From positions 3,030,001-3,062,000 of the forward strand of contig NC_017459.1 in the NCBI RefSeq assembly GCF_000237865.1: 32,000 bases of DNA, read 5' to 3'. This DNA comes from Haloquadratum walsbyi C23. GTDB taxonomy: Archaea > Halobacteriota > Halobacteria > Halobacteriales > Haloferacaceae. The first letter of the stretch is position 1. Every line of letters starts with the position of its first letter. The translations under genes were made by a program, and so were the position numbers. The notes below the pieces were generated by a model. That model was not told the origin of the DNA. It saw only the letters and a program-made list of their open reading frames with translations, and searched no databases. Below are positions 18,008 to 25,860 of this stretch, in pieces.

Positions 18008-19035
18008 TCAGGCATCAAGATGTGTTGTATCACCGCTGCATCTGAGCTGCCAATTATTGCCTTTTTCAACTATCACAGTGCTTTCTAGCCCATTGTTTTG
18101 CTCCCGATCGATTCGTGTTATCCCGCATAACGGTGCATTAGCACCCGCAGTCGTGCCAATCAGCCCGTCGACGACACTGCTGATCACACCATGTCCAACG
18201 AGGACAATTGTGTCAGACATTGATTTGGTGAGCTGACGCGTTTTCTTCCCAATCCGATTCATTACTTCAGCAGGAGATTCAGGATATGGTGGGAAGATCT
18301 CTGGATCATGACTCTGGGTGACACCTCTCAAATTGTAGTGTGAGATGGTCAATATCAATTGTCTCTGGCTCAGCATCAAACCACTCAGGTTTCTGTGCCC
18401 ACCAAGCACAGGCTCAACCGCAACCGACTTTGAGATTTCTGCACAAATTTCACTAGCTGTCTCAATAGTACGAAGAAATGGCAAGCTGTAAACCTGCCTC
18501 AGGGTCACATCAACATCAAAGCTCCGAGGCTTCCTGCTTTGTCGACAGAACTTACAAAACCACTCTCACTGAGAGGACCGTTTCAGAGCGGGTCCGGTCT
18601 CCACAGATCGTTCGAAAATCGAAGATTTTCGTGATCACGAGAGAATTCATTTCTCGGACGACATTGATTTGGAACGTTCCGTTCCTCTCTGAGTTGGACG
18701 GTGCGTGGTGTCTGACCGCCCGTGTGATGAGACTCTCAGTCAGACGCGCTGACCATCACAGTCATTATTTAACCACCAATCAGATTACATATGACGGGTC
18801 AATTAGAGGTGTTGGCTTCACTCGGGGTCAAACCCCGAGGCAGTCGCCTTGACAATCTGCACACGGAATCAATATTGGGCTGCATATCAGCGAATCGCCG
18901 ATTAACTCGCCATGCTGCCTATCGACCAAGATCGGTCAGTCCCGGATCATAAAAACGATCAGCGTGTATTCCTCAGTCGGAATCGACGCTATCCTGTCGC
19001 TATCCATGTCGCATGGCGAGAACTCTTTTATTCAT
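18008..19035 (-). pseudogene. histidine phosphatase (phosphoglycerate mutase-like) family pseudogene, split by an insertion and carrying three nonsense codons
   Basis: The N-terminal part (19035-18865) reads MNKRVLAMRHG*RQDSVDSD*GIHADRFYDPGLTDLGR*AAWRVNRRFADMQPNIDS. The C-terminal part (18493-18008) reads VYSLPFLRTIETA...LVGHG... Deleting 18494-18864 (371 nt) joins the two parts in frame with no residues missing. Confidence 0.75.
18494..18864. mobile_element. 371-nt non-coding insertion (MITE-like) inside the phosphatase pseudogene
   Basis: The boundaries come from the in-frame restoration of the host gene and are ambiguous by 2 nt (GT on both sides). There is no ORF. Internal hairpins or palindromes are dense: CTCTCA-c-TGAGAG, GGAACGTTCC, TGTGATG...CATCACA, GTCTGAC...GTCAGAC, and CTCGGGGT-caa-ACCCCGAG at 18821-39. 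The terminal CTGCCTC (18494-500) is complementary to GAGGCAG (18836-42). Confidence 0.55.
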
Positions 19036-19260
19036 AGTAACTAGCGGTACGACAATATTTTTTGACGTGTCGGTCGTTGTACCCTTTCAATTCATTGATG
19101 AAGTAGACTTTTCATCAGCGTCTGATGTGGATAATTAAAATTACTAGATTATGTCATATGATGTCCCCTCAGCAATGTAACACACCGTATATTACCGAAT
19201 CAGCAATCATAGGCACTCACATACAATGATACATTTATGCTGCGACGATAGTATATTTTA

Positions 19261-19971
19261 TTATATATCAACACGTTTTATTTTGCTTACAACACGCTGG
19301 ACAGCGCGTGATGCAGGTGCTGTTGGAACTCGTTGGATGAGTGGATGAAGCGTCTCAAGCGTCTGCTTGATTCGAGGATCAACAGGGACCCCCACTGTGG
19401 GTGCACCAAGCGTTTCAGCAATAGCGTCTGTCGGTGAACTATCATCAGCTCGATTGATTATTACACTGATAACTCCAGTATTAACCTCACGTGCAAGTGC
19501 TCGGACACGGACAGCGTCTCCAAGTGCATACGCACGAGGTGATGCAATAATAACACATGTCTCTGCGACTGCGAGTGGAACACCAGCATCAGCCCGAAGA
19601 CCCGCTGGGCAGTCGACAACGATGTCTCCATATGCATGCTCCACACGCTGAAGTACTGATTCAAGAGCGGTGATATCCGCTGCCCGTGCACCGGTGAGTG
19701 ATCGACCACACGGAAGAATGCGAATCGTACGAGGATGTGTGTTATATTCTTGTGCTTGTTTTTGTCTGACTGTTCGAACAGCCGCAATCGGGTCAGCCCG
19801 TCCAGCCAACACATCATGGAGATTTGGGGACTTGATATTTGAATCGGGACATGGAATATCAGCCATCCCTAAGTCAGCGTCGACAACGACCGCATCGAGC
19901 GCCGCCGCAAGTTCAACAGCAAGTGTTGATTTCCCTATCCCTCCTTTTCCACCGGTGACAGCGAGAATCAT
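19261..19971 (-). CDS. MinD/ParA-family P-loop ATPase
   Basis: It has a canonical deviant Walker A (AVTGGKGGIGKST), a Walker B-like IVVDCPAG, and a size of 236 aa. Its start lies 2 nt after the stop of the upstream ORF. Confidence 0.9.
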   Translation of the reverse strand: MILAVTGGKGGIGKSTLAVELAAALDAVVVDADLGMADIPCPDSNIKSPNLHDVLAGRADPIAAVRTVRQKQAQEYNTHPRTIRILPCGRSLTGARAADITALESVLQRVEHAYGDIVVDCPAGLRADAGVPLAVAETCVIIASPRAYALGDAVRVRALAREVNTGVISVIINRADDSSPTDAIAETLGAPTVGVPVDPRIKQTLETLHPLIQRVPTAPASRAVQRVVSKIKRVDI

Positions 19972-19973
19972 TA

Positions 19974-20936
19974 TTATAATGACCCGTCAGCTGATTGTGT
20001 TCGATCAGGAGCGGAATTGATATTTGTGTGTTTTTCACTGTCGGATCTAGACTGACAGGTCACTTTGGAGTCATCAGCCACAGATGCCTCCATGTGCTGC
20101 ATGTCAGAAGTGCCTGAAGATGAAGAAGTGTCGATAGTGCGTGTTGCAATCTGACGGAGTGCACTGATTGGCTGATCCGCGACATGCGGTGAGGCGGTAA
20201 TAATGTGATCAACCCGTGTGTTAATCTCTTCGAGTGCTTCATATTCTGCTTCGGTTAATTGCTTGTTTGGTTTCGATGACGCACGGGGAGCGTGTGTTGT
20301 ATTCATCATATTAATTCTTGTTTGTCGGGTCCGATTACTTACTGATTGATCACTACCCATTGACTGATCAAATCGACCCTCAATAGTAGTGAGCCATGTA
20401 TCAACGCAGGGTGGTAACGAAGTTTGTTTGTTCTTGGACGCTGAAATCGCGGACGTAATATGACGATCTGTCCCGGGTGTTTCTGCCATATTATCAGTCG
20501 GCGAATCAGAAGAAGATCGAGATATAGGGTTTGAGTCTGGGATTGTATCAATAGGTGGGCGGGAGCGTCCAAGTGTTCGAATAACAGCGTCTGTTGGTGA
20601 GGATATACTCGTATTTATTGATGTGTTGTCTATTATACTGTCTGCATGTGCTTCAACGGAGACAGTCTCATCAATTGAGGGTACTGTATCATCATCATCA
20701 TTATCATCACTCGGGCATGCATACCCAATCGTCATTCGCTTCCCAGCGGGAACATGACCATTATATCCTGCAGCGTCCCATCCCGACGCTGGAATCCCCG
20801 CCTGCCGAGGGGGGAGTACAGGTCCATTAAGTCTATTTTGAACACGAACCCGACAATCAACACTCGTGTTATTGTATACTGTGACGGCAACAAGAATGAC
20901 GTTAGCAGCACGATGTGTTGACACACTAGTTTGCAC
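19974..20936 (-). CDS. hypothetical protein (small beta-rich N-terminal domain plus long Ser/Thr/Asp-rich disordered region)
   Basis: 320-aa ORF tightly coupled to the MinD gene. Only non-ATG starts are available near the 5' end (GTG at 20936 or 20924). A TATA-like ATATTAAT at 20960-67 is centred about 27 nt upstream of the GTG at 20936. Confidence 0.6.
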   Translation of the reverse strand: MQTSVSTHRAANVILVAVTVYNNTSVDCRVRVQNRLNGPVLPPRQAGIPASGWDAAGYNGHVPAGKRMTIGYACPSDDNDDDDTVPSIDETVSVEAHADSIIDNTSINTSISSPTDAVIRTLGRSRPPIDTIPDSNPISRSSSDSPTDNMAETPGTDRHITSAISASKNKQTSLPPCVDTWLTTIEGRFDQSMGSDQSVSNRTRQTRINMMNTTHAPRASSKPNKQLTEAEYEALEEINTRVDHIITASPHVADQPISALRQIATRTIDTSSSSGTSDMQHMEASVADDSKVTCQSRSDSEKHTNINSAPDRTQSADGSL

Positions 20937-20959
20937 GCGGACAATAGTCGCGTATTCAC

Positions 20960-21260
20960 ATATTAATCCTTGTTAGCTGAATTGAGGCGCTAAGGTTTCT
21001 AAGCGAAAGTCTGCGAATTTCGTTGTAGGATAGATCTGGCAAGTGGAGAGCAACCCACATCGTTCGCATTCTCAAAGTCGGTACATTGCTATATTAAATC
21101 GTTTCGGGGTCAAGCCCGGGGGAGTCGGCTTACACTGGCTCATACGCGATTCACTGAGACGGGTTGAACATCAAGATAAACGGATAATATTTGATTTCGA
21201 ACTCACACTACGGGTGAAGGACCCGACCTCAGGGTGCTGGTTGTGGATTCACATCTAAAT
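20960..21260. repeat. non-coding spacer carrying two motifs shared with other non-coding islands in the window
   Basis: 20973-20994 (TTAGCTGAATTGAGGCGCTAAG) matches 11313-11334 at 20 of 22 positions. 21104-21133 matches 18822-18853 at about 26 of 32 aligned positions. Confidence 0.4.
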
Positions 21261-21314
21261 AATCTCTCAATCACATATGAAAAAAGGAATGACGGTAGTG
21301 ACCTCAAGTTATTT

Positions 21315-22370
21315 TCACCTGTTGGTAGTGCTAACAATTATTGTTGCATTAATCCGAATCGCAAGCGCTGATATACCGTCAAACGCAGTTGCGACGCTTT
21401 CAGCAACGATTAGCGGCGCACGAAGTGGAGCAAGCGAAAGGATTGCAATTGCGTCAGCAAGTGCGGTTGTATAATTGTTATTTCCATCGATACGCTCAGC
21501 AATCCACGGCACCTGGCGAACACGATCAAATTCAGCCTTCATTACATCGAAAATTTCTGCCCGGATATGACGTTTCAAATTTTGACGACGGTCAATAAGT
21601 GATAGGCGCTTCTCTTTGCAATCACGGGCAGTGCGGGCAATATCGATTAATTGCGTAAGTCGCTGAGTCGCAGCAATCTCCTCTGTCGAGGCTTCAGAGA
21701 GTGTCCGAATTGCGTTCTTGAGTGCAATCTCCGCGTTAGTGATGTCGGTAGTCACATCGGTCTCACGATATACAGCCATTTGACCACGAAGCATAGCAAC
21801 ACGTTCACGTAATCGCTCAACATCCGCCCCAGCATCAGCAACACGCCTTCGGGCGGTCGTAATGTCAGGCACCGATGATATCTCTAGTTGGTCGATAGCT
21901 GATTGTACAGTCTTAAGCGAACTATCATACGGTGTTTTGACCCCGCAAAGCCGCCCAATGGTAATAAGTGCATCTCGGCGCTTGATATCTGGATCAGGGC
22001 TTAGTATACCGATGTATTCACGTACCGATGTTGGCGGTGGTGAATAGATAGATAACCTCTCCGATGATGTTGGTGCCCCTGCACACACGGTTTGATTAAG
22101 TTCGATAGGTGAGATATCCGTATGTACCTGATGTGAACAGTACCATCGTTCGGAGTCCGAGTGAGACCGATATTGGATAGTTTCTCGACGTTTTTCAGAA
22201 TCATAAATACTAGTGCTATCATCAGAGTCCGGTTCAGTTGGTGAACGGCAGAAGTCAATTACGTGTCCCTGCACCTGTTTTCCACCAGGAAATTCAACGA
22301 TTGGTGGTGGCGGAACAGCAGACGCTGACTGAGGATTACCAATATAATGATCAGTATCGTCATTAGTCAT
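21315..22370 (-). CDS. hypothetical coiled-coil protein
   Basis: 351-aa ORF with a Pro-rich N-terminus and a central Arg/Glu/Ala-rich helical region (RRRVADAGADVERLRERVAMLRGQMAVYRE...EIALKNAIRTLSEASTEEIAATQRLTQLIDIARTARD). Its ATG overlaps the stop of the upstream ORF (ATGA at 22367-70). Confidence 0.65.
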   Translation of the reverse strand: MTNDDTDHYIGNPQSASAVPPPPIVEFPGGKQVQGHVIDFCRSPTEPDSDDSTSIYDSEKRRETIQYRSHSDSERWYCSHQVHTDISPIELNQTVCAGAPTSSERLSIYSPPPTSVREYIGILSPDPDIKRRDALITIGRLCGVKTPYDSSLKTVQSAIDQLEISSVPDITTARRRVADAGADVERLRERVAMLRGQMAVYRETDVTTDITNAEIALKNAIRTLSEASTEEIAATQRLTQLIDIARTARDCKEKRLSLIDRRQNLKRHIRAEIFDVMKAEFDRVRQVPWIAERIDGNNNYTTALADAIAILSLAPLRAPLIVAESVATAFDGISALAIRINATIIVSTTNR

Positions 22371-22705
22371 AATTCGCGGGTGCGCATCGACTCAGAGGTT
22401 GGGTGATCAGTCCCTACCACAAACTTATCATACGGTGTGTTCGGTGTCTCTCTGTGTTCATATGCTGTTGCAGCTGTCCGAATTTCTTCGGGAAGGTCAA
22501 GAAACTCATTAAATGGTGTTGTCCGTTCGACTTGGACATCCGCACCATGGCGAATACGCAATCGACAGGCAAGAAATGCACTGTACTCTGTTTCTGTGAG
22601 AAGCGCGGCTCGACCAAATCGGCGAACAACACTCTCTTCATGTGATCGACATGCGTTTCGAAGCGTTTGTCGTGCGTGAGAACTGTAAGTCACAATCAGT
22701 AGCAT
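22367..22705 (-). CDS. hypothetical protein (112 aa)
   Basis: ATG at 22705 (MLLIVTYSSHARQTLRN...). The ORF-track TTG extension to 22777 is Lys/Ile-rich and unlikely to be coding. It is translationally coupled to the 351-aa ORF. Confidence 0.55.
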   Translation of the reverse strand: MLLIVTYSSHARQTLRNACRSHEESVVRRFGRAALLTETEYSAFLACRLRIRHGADVQVERTTPFNEFLDLPEEIRTAATAYEHRETPNTPYDKFVVGTDHPTSESMRTREL

Positions 22706-23012
22706 GACTGATTCTCGGGTCCACGCGATGGTATAAAAATCACGCGTCTTTCTGTTTAAGATTATTTTAATTCTCAAGATGCATTTGATATCGTGGATGG
22801 AAAGCGTGTCATAGAAAGATGAAGCTCCACTCCTAACGAGTCTGCGTCAATAGACGAGTAGGGTGTGGTGGTTCACAGATACTATGTCATAGTGATTAGT
22901 GCAAGTCTTTACCGCCGTGATTATCGGTGCCATGATAGGAGCCGCTGAAACCGCGTCATTCGACATCGTCGGTGAAACTATTCGAACTAATCACTATCAA
23001 TCAGTCACCGGA

Positions 23013-23306
23013 TCAAATGGGAGTGATGTTGATTTGATCACTGAGCTCGGATGGGTCGATATGTAACAGTGTGGCAATCCGATCATGTGCTTTTGATTTA
23101 CTCGGTGCAACAACAATGAGACCTGCAACCCGCTCAGTCCCGCTTGCCTCGTATGCACATAATTCTGATGAGGTTGAATCAAGTTCTGCGGCATACGTTC
23201 GAAGCACACCAATAACTCGCTGTTCAACCGCTGCGAGATCTGAATCACCTGTCTCGAAAGCACGTAACGACTCCTCAATATTCCTCAGCGCTGAAATCCG
23301 GTCCAT
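23013..23306 (-). CDS. hypothetical protein (97 aa)
   Basis: Acidic ORF with an ATG start, on the same strand as the MinD cluster but 307 nt upstream of it. I recognised no motif. Confidence 0.5.
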   Translation of the reverse strand: MDRISALRNIEESLRAFETGDSDLAAVEQRVIGVLRTYAAELDSTSSELCAYEASGTERVAGLIVVAPSKSKAHDRIATLLHIDPSELSDQINITPI

Positions 23307-23680
23307 GATCTTAGTACTTGTCTTACGTTTTATCTGATTTACAACTACGGATTTATACGCAAGAATTCCACCCTAAGTTCTATACTATGGGGTATCTGTC
23401 TGAGGATAATACGTATATAAAAATTGTCCACGCTATTATGCGATCTATATCAGTGACTGGTAATACAAATCGGATTTATTATTAAAATCAGGCAAGATAT
23501 CTGTTTAATACCCAGTCATGCGTTCTATCATTGGTCAGGATATTAAATCGCTAGTGATCGATATGATCATAATTGGATAATCGAGGATCAATTGATTAAG
23601 GAAGTGAGATTAAGAGTAAATAAAGCGCAAGTTTTAGTAACGCAGTTTGTATTCTTGTTAAATTTACCCGCGAGATCACA

Positions 23681-25297
23681 TCATCGTCGGTGGGTAATGC
23701 CAATGAACGCGAGTGATATGGCTATAATGGCGATAATAACGCCGAATCCTGGCGATGATTGTGAACTTGAGGTTGATTCAACTGCTGTTGTCGCAACAGA
23801 TGTCGTCGTCTCATCTTGTGCCAATGTGTTTTCATCTGTTTCGACGTTTGTTTCATCATTATCATCTGTCGTGTCTCCATTGGTGTCAGAATCACCATCG
23901 ATATTTGTTTCCTCAGACGGTCCTGTGGTCGACATTGGAGTCGTATCAGAAGGCAATGACCCGTCTACGGCAGATGGAGAGTCACCAATTGTACCTGTTT
24001 TCGCATTAATCCACACTGAGTGTTCATGTTGTGTTCCCTCTGAGTCGGTCGCAAGAACGCGGATTTCAGTTACTGTTTCGTTTGTATCCAGTGTAAGCGT
24101 TTGATCGATTGTTACTGTCTCTGCAACTGAATCCTGAGTATATACACCGCCGATATCAACAATTTCAGTACCGTTCTTCGAGTCGCTTCGTGTCTGGATT
24201 GAGGCACGCGTAACCTCGCCGCGGAATATTCGCCCTTGCACAGAAACGGAATCGCCCTCAACTGTCGTGTTCTCAGCGTCAATCTCAATTGTTGGTTCAA
24301 TAATACGGACATATTCGACGGTTAGTTCCTCTGACACGCTATTGCCGTTCACGTCTGTTGCTTCGATATCAACTTCATTTCTTCCCTCGCTGAGGTCAAT
24401 ATTCTCGTTAATATTCACTTGCAATCGGTCCGCGTTTGGCTCTGGACTTCTGCTTGAGACGACCTGTTTATTCCCGATGCTTGGGGCTGTTATTGTAACC
24501 GATTGGAGTTTCACATTATCTGTTACAGTCGCACTGATGGTTGCTGATGGTTCGGTGACTTGTGCAGGAGCGTTAACATCGATTTGCGGAGCCCTTCGAT
24601 CATCAACAACTAAAGAAAAATCATGGCGACGTTGATTCCCCATCTCATCAATATACTTTGCGGTGATTTCATTCTCTCCATTTCCAAGAAGAATTTCCTG
24701 TTGGAATGAGTCACCAGGGTCGTCAATTTCGTAATTTGCTCGACTCGTCTCTCGTGAATTCGCATATCTATATTCAAATCGTCGCTCAATTTCGATTGAT
24801 TGAACACCGCTATCATCGAAGAGATCCCCAGAAAGAGTCAACTGCCCCTCAGTGACCGTTGTGACATCTGGTGGTGTACTCTTGTCGGGTGTGCTGAATG
24901 GCTCTGTGTACTCGATGAATGGCGCACCGCTGTCTTTGGTGATTACACCATCAATTGTTGTTGTTTCGTTCGCGCCAGCCACTATTTGAATGTCGTGTTC
25001 ACCGTTATCAAGTGTCAATTGAAATTCCTCTTCAAATGAGGTACCGTTCGGGTCGAATGTCCGTTGAGCAATTCCATCTACATACAGTTCAATGAGATTA
25101 ATTTGTGTTTCAGCGGTGACACTGATATCGACAGTCGGGTCTGAACCGACATCAATCTCTGTCCCATCGGTGAATTGCTCGTTATTCACCTCAATATCGA
25201 CCGTCGGTTCAGCAGCGCTCGCAACAAAAGTTGCTCCTGCAATACAAACAACACATGCGAATGTGAGTACAAGTATTTGATTTGTAGTTGATACCAT
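23681..25297 (-). CDS. secreted cell-surface protein with Ig-like repeats and a PGF-CTERM archaeosortase sorting signal
   Basis: It has an N-terminal signal peptide (MVSTTNQILVLTFACVVCIAGATFVASAAEP), several beta-rich repeat domains and a Thr/Asp-rich linker. The C-terminus is SPGFGVIIAIIAISLAFIGITHRR (PGF motif, TM helix, basic tail). The ATG at 25297 is preferred over the GTG at 25306. Confidence 0.85.
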   Translation of the reverse strand: MVSTTNQILVLTFACVVCIAGATFVASAAEPTVDIEVNNEQFTDGTEIDVGSDPTVDISVTAETQINLIELYVDGIAQRTFDPNGTSFEEEFQLTLDNGEHDIQIVAGANETTTIDGVITKDSGAPFIEYTEPFSTPDKSTPPDVTTVTEGQLTLSGDLFDDSGVQSIEIERRFEYRYANSRETSRANYEIDDPGDSFQQEILLGNGENEITAKYIDEMGNQRRHDFSLVVDDRRAPQIDVNAPAQVTEPSATISATVTDNVKLQSVTITAPSIGNKQVVSSRSPEPNADRLQVNINENIDLSEGRNEVDIEATDVNGNSVSEELTVEYVRIIEPTIEIDAENTTVEGDSVSVQGRIFRGEVTRASIQTRSDSKNGTEIVDIGGVYTQDSVAETVTIDQTLTLDTNETVTEIRVLATDSEGTQHEHSVWINAKTGTIGDSPSAVDGSLPSDTTPMSTTGPSEETNIDGDSDTNGDTTDDNDETNVETDENTLAQDETTTSVATTAVESTSSSQSSPGFGVIIAIIAISLAFIGITHRR

Positions 25298-25439
25298 ATG
25301 CAGCACAGTGTTTGATAGACGAATAAATTTTTTTCCTCATACGGAGTATATTTCACTAGTATGACATAATACTGGTATAATACTAATCAGGGGCGCACCG
25401 GCTATCTTATAGTCGTATTCTAAACGAAAAGCAGCGCGT

Positions 25440-25780
25440 GTTTTTCCCCCCCCAACCGTGGGCGGGGGCGAAGCGCGTGCGCTCGGCTACGTTTCTGTTT
25501 TGAACTATCAGGACGCCGTATGTCAGTTTGGAACCCACGTTATCGGTCTCGCAAAACCCGCGCACCCACTACAGGGTAAGACGCGATGCGCCGGGCCTGT
25601 GTCGCGCCTACGCGAGGGGGCGGACACCCACGGACGCACCCATCATGGCAGCAACAGACGACATTTGTTGGGGTGGCACCAACGGTGTGTTCGGGTGTTA
25701 CAGGTTCTACGCGAGTCTCGCCAGAGACCACGGCAAGCCATGGACCACCGCGCCCGTGGTAGTTCACATATGTGTACGCT
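25440..25780. other. G+C-rich ORF-free island downstream of mcm; candidate structured RNA or element remnant
   Basis: It begins with a C8 run (25446-53) and a G-rich GGGCGGGGGCG segment. Local hairpins include TCGCG-ccta-CGCGA and CCACGG-N20-CCGTGG. All ORFs are basic and Cys-rich. Confidence 0.25.
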
Positions 25781-25860
25781 GGATAGGTATTTTATTTCAG
25801 AATGATATCGCGCTCAGATATACTAATCTGATATTCTGAAATCGCTCTGTAACGTCGTGC

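Noticed and set aside
18478-18852. 124-aa plus-strand ORF across the 371-nt insertion
   Set aside because: It is basic and Arg/Ser/Thr-rich. It spans the junction of the insertion with the phosphatase fragment, so it cannot be an ancestral gene, and I recognised no motif.
18865-19035. Stop-codon recoding (pyrrolysine or selenocysteine readthrough) in the phosphatase N-terminal fragment
   Set aside because: The stops are of mixed type (TAG, TGA, TAG). The gene is additionally split by a 371-nt insertion, and I see no recoding machinery or SECIS/PYLIS-like context. Pseudogenisation is the simpler explanation.
23592-24104. 170-aa plus-strand ORF antisense to the surface-protein gene (and others at 23755..25280)
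   Set aside because: These are Ser/Val-rich mirror-image ORFs of the Thr/Asp/Glu-rich sense strand, a classic antisense shadow.
25307-25860. Replication origin next to mcm
   Set aside because: I found no orc/cdc6 gene, no repeated ORB-like elements (the TTCCAC...GGGGG type) and no AT-rich unwinding element flanked by inverted ORBs.
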